Source: an uncultured Gammaproteobacteria bacterium (GTDB lineage: Bacteria > Pseudomonadota > Gammaproteobacteria > JASBUN01). From it: a stretch of DNA of 64,000 nt. The position numbers and the translations under genes were made by a program. Below the pieces are notes generated by a model. It had not been told where the DNA came from and did not search any database. It was given only the letters and a program-made list of their open reading frames with translations. Shown one piece after another: positions 50,659 through 64,000 of this stretch (position 1 is the first letter of the stretch; each line of letters opens with the position of its first letter). The DNA lies in NCBI GenBank assembly GCA_963762165.1, contig CAVXJN010000001.1, positions 570,900 through 634,899 on the forward strand. Reading direction: 5' to 3'.

Positions 50659-50994
50659 CTATTTCAGCGTGCCTTTGGGCATCAACGACCCTACGGCATT
50701 GCGCTGCACACGCACCCGCACATTGTCGGCAATCTCCAAAGTGACGAAATTCTCATCCAGTTCCTCGATCCGACCCAGCAGACCTCCGTTGGTGACCACT
50801 TCGTCGCCCGTGGAAAGGCTGGAAACCATATTGCGATGCTCTTTGGCGCGCTTGCTCTGAGGCCGGATGAGCAGGAAATAAAAGATGATGAAAATGATGA
50901 TCAGCGGTAGGAAACCCAGGATTCCGGGCTGTTGTGACGCCGCCGCACCGTTCTCAGCCAATGCGTCGGAAATGAAAAAACTAAGCAAGCTCAT
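50659..50994 (-). CDS. yajC: Preprotein translocase accessory subunit YajC
   Basis: Single TM (LPLIIIFIIFYFLLIRPQSKR) plus ...GDEVVTNGGLLGRI...; start at the internal Met (MSLLSFF); the longer ORF is a frame read-through. Confidence 0.85.
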   Translation of the reverse strand: MSLLSFFISDALAENGAAASQQPGILGFLPLIIIFIIFYFLLIRPQSKRAKEHRNMVSSLSTGDEVVTNGGLLGRIEELDENFVTLEIADNVRVRVQRNAVGSLMPKGTLK

Positions 50995-51221
50995 GACGTA
51001 TCCTTCAGATGTCCGAGTTCCAGGCCGGCAAATGTTAACACACTCATATTGCTGATAATAATGCCGCAAAGCCCGGCACAAACGGGATGTGTGACGCTGG
51101 CATCTTCCCGCCAATCATGGTGTAGAAGACAGGCTTGGCCGGCAACCGCCACAGTGGCTGTGGCCAGTCGGCGCCGTATTATTGCACAGAACCGGGGCCG
51201 CGCGCATAGGCCGGATGCGGT

Positions 51222-53381
<2,160 letters not shown>

Positions 53382-53524
53382 GGCGATGCGGATGGTAGCA
53401 GCTTCAAGCGCAAGGGACGAGTTGTGGCGGCGGACGCAGTTGGTGGTTGCCCTCTGCCAGGAAAACCTTATACTTTGGCGCCTGGTCGACGGAGCCGAGT
53501 TCAAACCGGTACCGCGGGCCGTAT

Positions 53525-53611
53525 GCCGGGGTGGCGGAATTGGTAGACGCGGCGGACTCAAAATCCGCTGGGGGTGACCCCTTGAGAGTTCGAGTCTCTC
53601 CCTCGGCACCA
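53525..53611 (+). tRNA. tRNA-Leu (anticodon CAA), type II with long variable arm, encoded CCA
   Basis: 7-bp acceptor stem GCCGGGG/CTCGGC, D-loop GGAATTGGTAGA, anticodon loop CT-CAA-AA, long variable arm, T-loop GGTTCGAGTCT motif, terminal CCA. Confidence 0.85.
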
Positions 53612-53735
53612 CCTTTGCACGGCAGCCTCGCGCCCAAGTCCGGGTAGCGGCCTGTCCGTGAAGCAACCACACTAATCAGAACCACGGCCGCGGCTCGAAT
53701 TTTCCCGCGCATCACACCGAACCCAGAAGCGAACC

Positions 53736-56294
53736 ATGTCGGGCACCTGTTATTCACTGGAAGTCCAGTCCAATATTCCTGACCGATTGACGCGCCTCAC
53801 TGAGCTCGCCAACGACCTGCTCTACAGTTGGGACCGGCAGGTACGCGGATTGTTCTTCCGCCTCGATCCGATCCTGTGGGAACGGTGTGGCCACAATCCC
53901 AAAGTTTTCTTGCGCCGCGTATCCCAGGAACGTCTTGAAGAGGCTGCGCAAGATCGTATCTTCCTGGAGGACTACCACCGCGCTCTGTCGGTATACGACA
54001 CCTATCACCAGGACCATATGCCAAGCACTGTGCACGAGCATTTGGACCCTGAAAAAGACCTGGTGGCTTACTTCTGCGCCGAATTCGGCTTCCACGAAAG
54101 CCTGCCCATTTATTCCGGCGGCCTTGGCATTCTCGCCGGCGATCACTGCAAGGCGGCGAGCGACCTGTATCTGCCGTTCGTTGCCGTGGGACTGCTGTAT
54201 CGCCAGGGATACTTCACCCAGACCATCGACGGTCACGGCAACCAGATTGCCCATTACACGCCGACCAATTTCGATGATCTGGTGATTTCTCCTGCGCGAG
54301 ATACAAACGGTGAAGAGATCCATGTCGCGGTTTCGATCGATAGCCGCACGGTAACTTTGAAAGTCTGGCAGGCCAAGGCCGGCCATATCACCTTGTATCT
54401 TCTCGACAGCGATCTGCCCCTGAACAGCGAGCGCGATCGCTCCATCACCTACCAATTATACGGCGGCGACAGCACCACCCGCATTCAGCAGGAAATCGTG
54501 CTTGGTATCGGCGGCGTGCGCGCCTTGCGCGCCCTCGGCCTGACCCCGAACGCCTGGCACATCAACGAAGGCCACGCCGCGTTCCTGATCCTGGAACGTT
54601 GTCGCGAGTTGGTCAGATCAGGCATGGATTTCGACAGCGCCCTGGAACTGGTGGCCGCCGGAACCGTGTTCACCACGCATACGCCGGTGGCTGCGGGTCA
54701 CGACATCTTTGAATACGATCTAGTCACCAACAATTTTCGCGAGTTCATCAAGGAACTCGGTATCGGTGAAGAACGGTTTCTGCGCCTGGGTAATGGCGCC
54801 GATCACCACGCCGGTTTCAACATGACGACGCTGGCGTTGCGCGGCTCCCGCTTCCACAACGGGGTCAGCCGCATTCACGGTGGCGTCGCCTCGCGTATGG
54901 AAAGCTACGTCTGGCCGCAGATTCCGCCTCAGGAAAATCCAATCGGTTACGTAACCAACGGCATCCACGTCCCGACATTCCTCGCCCGCGAGTGGTCCAG
55001 CATGTTCGACATGCGTTTCGGCGGCGAATGGCGCAACGAACTTCTGAACGAGGAATACTGGGAACGCATCGAAGATATTCCCGCCCACAGCTTCTGGAGT
55101 TTGCGCCAGTCGTTGAAGTCCGAACTGATGAAAGACGTACGTCAACGGGTGACTTGGCAGCATCGTCGCAACGCTTCGAGCGATGCGCAGATCGAGCGCA
55201 TCAGCAAATTGCTCGACCCCGATCTCACGGATGTATTGATCCTCGGTTTCGCGCGCCGTTTTGCCACCTACAAGCGGGCAACGCTGCTGTTCTCGGATCC
55301 CGAGCGCCTAGCGCGTATGCTCGGCAATCCCAAACGGCCCGTGCTGTTGATATTCGCCGGCAAGGCGCATCCCAACGACATGCCCGGCCAGCACCTGATC
55401 CAGGTCATTCACGAGTTCTCACGCAAACCCGAATTCGAAGGCAAGATTATTTTGCTGGAAGGCTTCGATCTGGCCCTGGCGCGCAAGCTTGTTACCGGCG
55501 TCGACGTCTGGCTCAACAATCCGGAATATCCGCTCGAAGCAAGCGGCACTTCAGGACAAAAGGCCGGCATCAACGGGGTGATCAATCTCAGCGTGTTGGA
55601 CGGATGGTGGGATGAAGGCTACAACGGCGCAAACGGCTGGGCCATCACGCCCCACGGTCCGCAGCACGATGCCGCGTTCCGGAACCGGGAAGAGTCACGC
55701 GAACTTCTGGACATCCTCGAGCACCAGGTGATTCCCTTGTATTTCCGGCGCGAAGGTCACGGCTATTCGGAACCCTGGGTGAAAATGTCGAAGCAATCGA
55801 TGAAAACGTTGCTGCCGCGCTTCAATGCCCAACGCATGGCCATGGACTATGTTCGCGGCTACTACGGTTCGGCGGTGCGCCAAACCAGGCGCCTGAGCTC
55901 CGACAACGCCGCTCCCGCCCGTGAGCTAGCGGAGTGGAAGCAGAAAATCCGCGCCCATTGGGACAAAGTGCAACTCCAACGTACTGACGAAACCCGCCCG
56001 GCAATCCGCGCCGGAGAGTTGCTTCCCATCCGCGTGCAGGCGCTGCTCAACGAACTCAGCCCCAATGACGTGCGCATGGAATGCCTGGTAGGGACCGAGA
56101 CCACGGACGGTGAATTTGTGCTGCACGATACCTTTCAGCTGACAGCGGGCGCAGCCGACAGCAGCGGGCAGACCGAGTTCGCGTTGGATCTACGCCCGCC
56201 TCTGCCCGGTTTGCAGCGCTACAAGTTGCGCATGTACCCGCACCATCCGTTGCTCAGTCATGCCCTGGAAACCGGCTGCATGCTGTGGCTTTGA
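53736..56294 (+). CDS. glgP: Alpha-glucan (glycogen/maltodextrin) phosphorylase, GT35, about 850-aa type
   Basis: 852 aa; GT35 features (EGHAAFLILERCRE, PLP-lysine region ...FAGKAHPND...); embedded in a glycogen gene cluster. Confidence 0.8.
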   Translation: MSGTCYSLEVQSNIPDRLTRLTELANDLLYSWDRQVRGLFFRLDPILWERCGHNPKVFLRRVSQERLEEAAQDRIFLEDYHRALSVYDTYHQDHMPSTVHEHLDPEKDLVAYFCAEFGFHESLPIYSGGLGILAGDHCKAASDLYLPFVAVGLLYRQGYFTQTIDGHGNQIAHYTPTNFDDLVISPARDTNGEEIHVAVSIDSRTVTLKVWQAKAGHITLYLLDSDLPLNSERDRSITYQLYGGDSTTRIQQEIVLGIGGVRALRALGLTPNAWHINEGHAAFLILERCRELVRSGMDFDSALELVAAGTVFTTHTPVAAGHDIFEYDLVTNNFREFIKELGIGEERFLRLGNGADHHAGFNMTTLALRGSRFHNGVSRIHGGVASRMESYVWPQIPPQENPIGYVTNGIHVPTFLAREWSSMFDMRFGGEWRNELLNEEYWERIEDIPAHSFWSLRQSLKSELMKDVRQRVTWQHRRNASSDAQIERISKLLDPDLTDVLILGFARRFATYKRATLLFSDPERLARMLGNPKRPVLLIFAGKAHPNDMPGQHLIQVIHEFSRKPEFEGKIILLEGFDLALARKLVTGVDVWLNNPEYPLEASGTSGQKAGINGVINLSVLDGWWDEGYNGANGWAITPHGPQHDAAFRNREESRELLDILEHQVIPLYFRREGHGYSEPWVKMSKQSMKTLLPRFNAQRMAMDYVRGYYGSAVRQTRRLSSDNAAPARELAEWKQKIRAHWDKVQLQRTDETRPAIRAGELLPIRVQALLNELSPNDVRMECLVGTETTDGEFVLHDTFQLTAGAADSSGQTEFALDLRPPLPGLQRYKLRMYPHHPLLSHALETGCMLWL

Positions 56295-56301
56295 GTCGGA
56301 C

Positions 56302-57811
56302 TCAGGCTGCGGGTTCTTCCAGACGACCGTAGGCCGCCAGCATGTCGCGCAACCGCTGCGCCAGTTGTTCGTCGACCATGCTCCACTCAAAACGCCATCC
56401 CCAGTTGCCTTCGGTGACTCCGGGCACATTCATTCGATGGCGATCGTCTAGCGCCAGAAGATCCTGCATCGGCAACACGCACATCTCGGAGACCGAAGCG
56501 AGCGCTGCGCGAATCAGCGGCCACGGCTGGGGCTCCTGCGGGTAGCCCAGGTATTCGCGCACCCGTTCCTGCTGGTCGTCGCTGAGCGAGTCGAACCAGC
56601 CCACGGTGGTATTATTGTCGTGGGTGCCGGTGTAGACGACATAATCGCGTTCGTGGTTATGGGGCAGATACGGATTTTCCGGGCCGCCATCGAACGCGAA
56701 CTGCAGAATCTTCATTCCGGGCAGGCCGAAGCGATGGCGTAAGGCATCGACCTCCGGCGTAATCAGGCCCAGATCCTCCGCCACCAGCGGTAACGGATCG
56801 AAGCGGCTGCGAAAGTGTTCGAACAACTCCTCGCCGGGGGCCTCCACCCAGCGGCCGTCCACAGCGGTTTCCGCCTCTGCAGGAATTTCCCAGAAAGCCT
56901 GGAATCCGCGGAAATGATCGATGCGTACCAGATCGAACAAATCGAATTGATGTCCGACTCGACGCAGCCACCAATCGTAGCCGCTTTCACGCATGTGGTC
57001 CCAGCGATAGAGCGGATTGCCCCAGCGCTGGCCGGTCGCTGAAAAATAATCCGGCGGCACCCCCGCCACGGTCAGGGCGCGGCCCTGGTCGTCCAAGGTG
57101 AAATACTCGCGCCGTGCCCAAACCTCCGCGCTATCGTGGGCGACGAATATGGGCAGGTCGCCGAACAGCAATACGCCTCGTTGATTGGCGTAGGACTTGA
57201 GCGCCCGCCATTGACGATCGAACACGAACTGCTCGAAGCACACGCGCTCGCGTTCCTCGGCCAGTTCCGCTTTGGCATTCTCGAGCGCTTCCGGCACCCG
57301 ATCGCGTACCGGCGCAGGCCAATCAAGCCAGGAACGGCCGCTGTGCTTGCGGCGCAGTGCCTGATACAGACAATAGTCGTCCAGCCAGTATTGCTGGCGC
57401 TCACGAAACGACCGGTAGTCCGCCTTCTGTGCCTGGTCGGCATGTTCCGCGAAACCTTGCACGGGCGCGCTGCAACAACTGCTCCCGCCAGGCGGCGGCG
57501 TCGGCACCCGGTTCACCCAGGTCACCGAGCCAGCCTTCAGCCTGCAACTGTTCGGCGCTCAATCAGGCGGGACTGCCGGCGAATACCGACAAACACGGCA
57601 TAAGGTGAACCGTCGGAATGGGTCGGACCAAGGGGCAACATCTGCCAGACGGTCGCACCCGTGGAGACCAAAAAGATCGACGAAATTGCGACCTTCCTCG
57701 CCTAGCGCCCCACCGGACGCATCGCACGGCAGCGACGTCGGATGCAACAGGACGCCGGCGCGGCGCCTGCTGAATGGCGACTCTTCGGCGATTGCTTTCC
57801 GGTCGCTCATG
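56302..57811 (-). pseudogene. malQ: 4-alpha-glucanotransferase MalQ (GH77), with several frame disruptions in the N-terminal 120 codons
   Basis: Intact C-terminal 407 aa (ORF 56302..57525) with GH77 motifs; N-terminus MSDRKAIAEESPFSRRRAGVLLHPTSLP... (ORF 57559..57849); the intervening conserved segments (GSPY..., FAGSPA-stop-LSAEQLQAEGWL) appear in all three frames, including an in-frame TGA. Confidence 0.65.
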
Positions 57812-57895
57812 ACCGCTCCAATACCCGGCCGCGCAGAACCGGCAGCCAAATGTGGGTACCGGCGGCCGCGGCGAGCGGCACTTTCCCGAGCGCGT

Positions 57896-59616
57896 TCATG
57901 TTACGAAACCACAGGAAGCGCAGGACGCATTACACCGCCGACCGCGGGTTGGCCGCCGCCGTGGGTGAACGCATGCTGCAGATAGTCGCGGCGGCTCCCG
58001 CTGCAGTATCTGGTACAGGCGGGTCAGATGCTCGCGGTACAGCCAGTCGAAATCGCGTACCGACTCGGCAGGATTGTCGTCGCCAAACCACCAGAACCAA
58101 TCCGAGCCTTCGCAGATCGCGAGCTGACGTGCGGCCTGAGTCGCGGATTTCAGCGGACAAGCCGCCGCGGGCCGTCGCTGCGTCGAATGCACGCTTGGCG
58201 TCGGCAAGCATGTCCCAGCCGCGGTTCTTGTCGGCGTGGCCGACCCAGGTGGTCAAGGTGCCATACACCCAGCTGCCGGCCACGACGTGGTCGAGAGTCC
58301 GGTTTTTGGCCGCGACCTGCAGGCAATCGCCGAAGGTGGACAATTTCAGTTGCCCGTGCTGGGCCAGGCGTCGGTAGAGTTCGTCGAGAAAGTGATACCC
58401 GTTTTCCGGAAAGTGCTCCCAGGCGTTCTCACCATCGAGAATGATTGCCACGACGGCATCGTCGCGGTCCTTGCAGGCGAGTCTGATGTTTTCCAGGTGA
58501 TGCACCAGATTGGCGACGGCATCTTCCGCATGCCAGTTCGAATAACTGAAACCGATCAGATCGGACAAGCCGTCGTCGCGAAAAAAACACGCCAGTGGAT
58601 GGCCACCGAACCGGTAGACGCGGTGCTCGCAGTCATGGGACGCCCCGGCTTTGTGGCCAGCCGTGCTGAGACTGTTGCGCAACACCTGGCCGCCGGAGGC
58701 GGTCCATTGAAACCCGGCTTCGTCCAGCAAGTGCAGGGTGGCATCACTTACCGCACCCTCCCCCGGCCAGCAGCCGCGCGGACGGAATCCGAAATGGGCT
58801 CTCGAAAACGTCCATGCCTTCTTTGATATGCCAGCGGGCGCGGTCCGCGCCGCCCGGGTACAATTTGCTCGCAGGCAGCGCCAGGCCCGGCACCGCTTCC
58901 TGCGCGCTGGCCGCGTCCAACAACAGCGGTACGATGGGATGAGCATAGGGTGTGACCGACAACTCCACGCGTCCGGTTTCCGCAAGCCGGCGATAACGGG
59001 GGACGATGCCGCTCACCAGTTCGGAAATAATCGCAACCAGCGTGCGGCGGTCGCGGCTGTCGTAGTCGGCGGACTTGTCCATGAGTTCCCGCACGCGCGT
59101 GTCGCTGCGGCGTACCGTTTCGCCAATCCAGGCCAAGTGATACCAAGTGAGCAGATCGAACAGGAACTGGTCGTTGACATAGCACGCGAGTTCGGGGTCT
59201 TTGTCGATTTCACCTGCCAGCTGTACCAGGCGCCGGAACGGTTCGAACCGATCGATCATGCGCGACTGGTTAGCGCGCATGCAGGCGCGTATCAGGCTCA
59301 GGCGCCGATTCGGGTCAGCGGGCAATTTCTGTGCTGCCAGTCCCCGCAGCAATGGGTCGGGCAGCGGTTGCCCATGGCTTACGAATAGCTGCAAGGCGGT
59401 GCTGTAATGATCCAACTGTTCCAGTAACGTCGGTGTAAAATTCACCACCGCCCTGGCGCCGTCGACACGCTCCAAGTGGGCGGCCATATCGACGTAGTCC
59501 TTGATGGCGTGCAGATAGGTCCAAGGAAGTCGGTACCGGCCGCTGATCGGGTCGAGGTATTGCGGTTGGTGCATGTGCCAGCACAGCACCACCCGCAACG
59601 GAACATCACCCCGCAT
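57896..59616 (-). CDS. Glycoside hydrolase family 57 (alpha-amylase/4-alpha-glucanotransferase-type) enzyme, in three frames
   Basis: N-terminus [14 protein letters not shown] (ORF 58744..59616), middle ...[22 protein letters not shown]... (ORF 57930..58985), C-terminal [13 protein letters not shown] (ORF 57896..58207); implies frameshifts near 58800 and 58200. Confidence 0.6.
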
Positions 59617-60877
59617 GTGAATGCTCCTGACCCAGCATTTCCGGGGTCACCAACACGATACCCGCCGCCGTGCGATGATACCGACGTGCGTCCTCCTCGG
59701 GATTAACGCCGATGGCGGTGCCGTCAGGTATGCGGCAACCCTTGTCGATCACAGCGCGATGAATCTGACAGTGCTGCCCGATATTGACTTCGGGCAGGAC
59801 CACCGAATCGGTGACCACGCTGAACGACTCCACTCGCACATTGGAAAATAACAACGAATGACGCACGGTCGATCCGGATATTACACATCCGCCGGACACC
59901 ATTGAATCCATCGCCATACCGCGACGGGATTCCTCATCGAACACGAACTTGGCTGGAGGCGCCTGCTCCTGGTAGGTCCAGATGGGCCATTCCTTGTCAT
60001 ACAAATTCAGCTCCGGCGTAACGCCGATGAGTTCGAGATTCGCTTCCCAGAAGGCGTCCACCGTGCCCACGTCGCGCCAATAGGCGTCGCCGCCACTAAT
60101 CGGATCCCGGAATGCGTAGGCATTGACCCGGCAATTTTCGATGGCGCGCGGGATAATGTCGCGACCGAAATCATGGCTCGACGACAGTGCCTCGGCATCA
60201 GCGATCAACTGATCATACAGAAATTCGGTATTGAAAACGTATATGCCCATGGACGCCAGCGCGCGGGTCTCATCGCCCGGCATCGGTTGCGGCTGATCGG
60301 GCTTTTCGTCGAAGCGCATCACGCGGTCATCGTCGTCGATACTCATAACGCCGAAACTGCGCGCCCGATCAAGGGGCACGCCGATGCATCCGACGGTCAT
60401 ATCCGCCTCTGTTTCCACGTGCCGAGCGATCATGGCGCCATAATCCATCTTGTAGATATGATCGCCGGCGAGGACCAGAACGTAATCGGGATTGTGATCG
60501 CGGATGATGTCGAGATTCTGGAATACCGCGTCTGCGGTACCGCTGTACCAGGATTCCTTATCCAAGCGTTGCTGGGCAGGCAGCAGTTCCACGAATTCCC
60601 CGAACTCGCCGCGCAGGAAACCCCAGCCCCGTTGAATATGAAGAATCAGCGAATGGGCTTTGTACTGGGTCAGCACACCGACCCGGCGAATACCCGAATT
60701 GATGCAGTTGGACAACGGGAAATCGATGATCCGGAACTTGCCGCCGAAAGGGACCGCCGGCTTGACCCTCCAGCTGGTCAATTCCTGCAACCGCGTACCA
60801 CGTCCGCCGGCGAGAATGAGCGCCAACGTATTGCGAGTGAGCAGACTAACGAACCGAGGCGCTTGATAAACCGTCAT
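59606..60877 (-). CDS. glgC: Glucose-1-phosphate adenylyltransferase
   Basis: [15 protein letters not shown]...KPAVPFGG nucleotide-binding motif; C-terminal LbH domain; 423 aa. Confidence 0.9.
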   Translation of the reverse strand: MTVYQAPRFVSLLTRNTLALILAGGRGTRLQELTSWRVKPAVPFGGKFRIIDFPLSNCINSGIRRVGVLTQYKAHSLILHIQRGWGFLRGEFGEFVELLPAQQRLDKESWYSGTADAVFQNLDIIRDHNPDYVLVLAGDHIYKMDYGAMIARHVETEADMTVGCIGVPLDRARSFGVMSIDDDDRVMRFDEKPDQPQPMPGDETRALASMGIYVFNTEFLYDQLIADAEALSSSHDFGRDIIPRAIENCRVNAYAFRDPISGGDAYWRDVGTVDAFWEANLELIGVTPELNLYDKEWPIWTYQEQAPPAKFVFDEESRRGMAMDSMVSGGCVISGSTVRHSLLFSNVRVESFSVVTDSVVLPEVNIGQHCQIHRAVIDKGCRIPDGTAIGVNPEEDARRYHRTAAGIVLVTPEMLGQEHSHAG

Positions 60878-61086
60878 GACGCTGACATATCTCCTTTATG
60901 CTTTTCCAAATGCCGGGGTTGCGCGGCATTGCGAGCGGGGCGATCGCATGCGATCAGTACAGTCCGGCACTTCGCACCAACATAGTACGCATGGAGCGAT
61001 TCGCGCGAGCGAAGGATTCGTCTATTTGGGTATGCTATGCTGAAATCCAACCCACGTGTTCGTTCTGAAATAGTAGCCCGCTCACC

Positions 61087-63294
61087 ATGACAGCGCAGTT
61101 ACACGGAACACCCTCGCACCTCCATCCGAATCTACGCGACGCCGTGACTCGGCTCCAGGAAGCACGCCACCACGATCCGTTCGCCGTACTCGGGAAACAC
61201 CAGCAAGGTAGCGACTGCGCGGTGCGGGCGTTCCTGCCCGATGCCACCGAAGCCAGTATGCTGGAAGGCGCCCTGCCGATGCAACGGCTCGCGGACAGCG
61301 ACGTGTTCGAGTGGCGCGGTGCCACCGACGACTTGCCGCAGCACTACCGGATCGCATGGCAGGACAGCAGCGGACGCTTGCACCAACATTACGATCCCTA
61401 CAGTTTTGGTCCGGTTCTATCGGACTTCGATTTGCATCTGTTTGGCGAAGGCCGGCATTGGCACGCGTATCGCTTTCTGGGCGCCCACGCGCGCGAAATA
61501 GACGGCATCGACGGATCGGTGTTCGCGGTCTGGGCGCCGAACGCCGAACGCGTGAGCGTGGTCGGCGACTTCAATCATTGGGACGGACGCCGCAACCCGA
61601 TGCGCGTGCGCGGCGGCACCGGGGTTTGGGAACTGTTCCTGCCCGAGTTGCCGCCGGGCACGCTGTACAAATTCGAAGTCCGTAATCGCCAACACGGCGA
61701 TATTCATTTAAAAGCGGATCCTTATGGTCGCCAGTTCGAACGCCGGCCAGCGACTGCCGCCGTGGTGCCCGATGATTCCCGTGCTCATCAATGGCACGAC
61801 GAGGAATGGTTGCAGCGGCGCGCGGGGCAGGACTGGTTGCGGGCACCCGTGTCCATTTACGAAGTACATCTGGGCTCCTGGCAGCGCGACACCGACGGCA
61901 ATTTCCTCAACTACCGCGAACTCGCCGACCGACTGGTCGCCTATGTGCGCGAACTCGGCTACACCCACGTCGAGTTGCTGCCGATCACGGAACACCCCCT
62001 GGATGCGTCATGGGGCTACCAGACCGTTGGTTACTTCGCCCCCACCAGCCGCTTCGGGACGCCGGACGAATTCCGTTATTTCGTCGATCTGTGCCACCGC
62101 AACGACATCGGCGTATTGCTCGACTGGGCGCCCGGGCATTTCCCGAAGGACGCCCATGGCCTGGCTCAGTTCGACGGCAGTCCTCTATATGAGCATGGCG
62201 ATCCCCGGCGCGGCGAGCACCGTGAGTGGGGTACCTTGGTCTTCAATTACGGTCGCAACGAAGTACGCAATTTCCTGGTATCCAGTGCCGTGTACTGGAT
62301 GCAGGAATTTCACCTCGACGGGCTGCGGGTCGATGCCGTGGCTTCCATGCTCTATCTGGACTATTCCCGTGAAGCCGGGGATTGGCTTCCCAATATCTAC
62401 GGCGGCCGTGAAAATCTGGAAGCCATCGAATTCCTGCGCCAACTCAACGAAGTCACTCACAGCCAATTCCCCGGCACGTTCATTATCGCCGAGGAGTCCA
62501 CATCCTGGCCGCAGGTCACCCGCCCGGTGTACGTGGGCGGTCTCGGCTTCTCCATGAAATGGAACATGGGCTGGATGCACGACACCCTGGTGTACATGTC
62601 CAAAGATCCGGTGCACCGCCATTTTCATCACGATCAGCTCACTTTCGGGCTGCTGTATGCGTTCACGGAAAACTTTGTGTTGCCGTTTTCCCACGATGAA
62701 ATGGTGCACGGCAAAGGATCGATGCTCTACAAGATGCCTGGCGACGACTGGCAGCGGTTTGCCAATCTGCGCACTCTGTACACCTACATGTACACCTATC
62801 CGGGCAAAAAACTGTTGTTCATGGGCGGCGAATTCGGTCAGGGCGAGGAGTGGAACTACGATGCTGCTCTGCCGTGGTACCTGCTGCAGTTCGAGCACCA
62901 TCGCGGCATGCAGAAGCTGGTGGCGGACCTGAACCGCCTATATCGGGAAGTTCCGTGCCTGCACCGTCACGATTTCGAATCTGAAGGCTTTGAATGGATC
63001 GACTGTCACGATGCCGACCAATCCATTATCAGCTACCTGCGCCGCGCCGGCGAGAACTTCGTGGTCGTAATACTCAACTTCACGCCCGTGCCGCGCAGCC
63101 GGTATCGAATCGGCGTTCCTACCGAGGGCGTTTACCGCGATTTGTTGAACTCCGATTCCGTGCACTACGGCGGTAGCAATCTCGGCAACGGTGAACCTCT
63201 GGTCGCCGAACCGGTGCCGTGGATGGGACGACCGTATTCAATCGAAATCACGGTGCCGCCGCTGGCGGGTCTGGTGATGAGCGTGAGCGAATGA
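61087..63294 (+). CDS. glgB: 1,4-alpha-glucan branching enzyme
   Basis: 735 aa; GH13 catalytic regions ([36 protein letters not shown]) and N-terminal CBM48-like region. Confidence 0.9.
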   Translation: MTAQLHGTPSHLHPNLRDAVTRLQEARHHDPFAVLGKHQQGSDCAVRAFLPDATEASMLEGALPMQRLADSDVFEWRGATDDLPQHYRIAWQDSSGRLHQHYDPYSFGPVLSDFDLHLFGEGRHWHAYRFLGAHAREIDGIDGSVFAVWAPNAERVSVVGDFNHWDGRRNPMRVRGGTGVWELFLPELPPGTLYKFEVRNRQHGDIHLKADPYGRQFERRPATAAVVPDDSRAHQWHDEEWLQRRAGQDWLRAPVSIYEVHLGSWQRDTDGNFLNYRELADRLVAYVRELGYTHVELLPITEHPLDASWGYQTVGYFAPTSRFGTPDEFRYFVDLCHRNDIGVLLDWAPGHFPKDAHGLAQFDGSPLYEHGDPRRGEHREWGTLVFNYGRNEVRNFLVSSAVYWMQEFHLDGLRVDAVASMLYLDYSREAGDWLPNIYGGRENLEAIEFLRQLNEVTHSQFPGTFIIAEESTSWPQVTRPVYVGGLGFSMKWNMGWMHDTLVYMSKDPVHRHFHHDQLTFGLLYAFTENFVLPFSHDEMVHGKGSMLYKMPGDDWQRFANLRTLYTYMYTYPGKKLLFMGGEFGQGEEWNYDAALPWYLLQFEHHRGMQKLVADLNRLYREVPCLHRHDFESEGFEWIDCHDADQSIISYLRRAGENFVVVILNFTPVPRSRYRIGVPTEGVYRDLLNSDSVHYGGSNLGNGEPLVAEPVPWMGRPYSIEITVPPLAGLVMSVSE

Positions 63295-63392
63295 AGCGAC
63301 AGCAGAATCGCGCGCCGTTTCAGCACCATGACAGGTGAGGGTCACCGGGTTTGCCAGCGACGCTCCGCGCGCTTTTCCCGACTGCGCGCAGC

Positions 63393-64000
63393 TCACGCGT
63401 AGCGTTTGAGCTGCACCGGCATACGCTTGGCGCCCCAGCGCCCGGGCGCCGCCTCGAAATGCCCGGCACAGGAGGTGCCGCATTCGCGGCAACGCCCCGC
63501 CTCGTCGAGGCCCCAGTCGTGAATCACATACCAATCGCGGCCGATGATGCGGCTGCCGCAGTGATGGCAGTAGGTGCTGCCGCCGTCGCTATCGTGGACG
63601 TTGCCGGTGTAGACGTATCGCAATCCCTTGGCCATGGCGATTTGACGAGCGCGGGTCAGCGTCGCGGCCGGAGTCGGCGGACGGTCCATCATTTTCCAAT
63701 CGGGATGAAAAGCGCTGAAATGCCACGGTACATCGGTTCCCAGATGTTCGGCGAACCAGTCGCTCATGCGCTGCAACTCGTCCTCGGAATCGTTCAATCC
63801 GGGAATCAACAGGGTCGTGACTTCGAGCCACACCTCGGTTTCATGCTTCAGGTATTGCAGCGTATCCAGCACCGGCTGCAATTTTGCGCCGGTCACCTTG
63901 CGGTAAAAATCTTCGCTGAAGGCTTTCAGATCGATATTGGCCGCATCCATGTATTGGAAAAACTCATTGCGCGGCTGCGCCGACATGTAACCCGCGGTGA
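63393..64000 (-). CDS. amrS: AmmeMemoRadiSam-system radical SAM enzyme (AmrS), C-terminal part; gene runs past the window end
   Basis: C-terminal region ...LLIPGLNDSEDEL...HCGSRIIGRDWYVIHDW...CRECGTSCAGHFE matches the PFL-activase-like AmrS family; the N-terminus lies beyond position 64000. Confidence 0.6.
   Translation of the reverse strand, partial: TAGYMSAQPRNEFFQYMDAANIDLKAFSEDFYRKVTGAKLQPVLDTLQYLKHETEVWLEVTTLLIPGLNDSEDELQRMSDWFAEHLGTDVPWHFSAFHPDWKMMDRPPTPAATLTRARQIAMAKGLRYVYTGNVHDSDGGSTYCHHCGSRIIGRDWYVIHDWGLDEAGRCRECGTSCAGHFEAAPGRWGAKRMPVQLKRYA

Overview
This looks like a high-GC (about 60%) gammaproteobacterial chromosome segment. A core block follows a Pseudomonas-like gene order and sits between accessory or decaying regions.

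Core block, about 34–53.6 kb: der-bamB-yfgM-hisS-rodZ-pilW-rlmN-ndk-[iscS remnant]-iscR-cysE-trmJ / suhB / secF-secD-yajC-tgt-queA-tRNA-Leu. A glycogen cluster follows it: glgP, malQ, a GH57 enzyme, glgC and glgB.

Accessory half, 1–34 kb, is built around the PEP-CTERM/exosortase system:
- two paralogous exosortase-associated acyltransferases;
- a PEP-CTERM protein with a textbook sigma-54 promoter;
- the prsK-prsR-prsT regulatory triad plus a heavily degraded second prsT;
- an EpsB-type priming sugar transferase;
- a TviB-like UDP-sugar dehydrogenase and a cNMP-binding protein.

Candidate novel systems:
1. An envelope-export locus: two FtsX-type permeases, a LolA-like protein, an ABC ATPase carrying an N-terminal FHA domain, and a SPOR-domain protein whose reading frame runs into a DUF1302 outer-membrane barrel.
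2. A three-gene nitroreductase / O-methyltransferase / ThiF-E1 cassette convergent on the PEP-CTERM gene.

Other notable features are a nested IS (an IS3/IS407-type element with a CCTG target duplication, interrupted in orfB by an IS110-type element) and loss of the isc Fe-S operon, of which only iscR and a scarred iscS fragment remain. Frame disruptions are unusually frequent. The clustered ones look like real pseudogenes. The single ones could be genome decay or indel errors in the assembly; I cannot tell which from sequence alone. No rRNA or CRISPR array is present.
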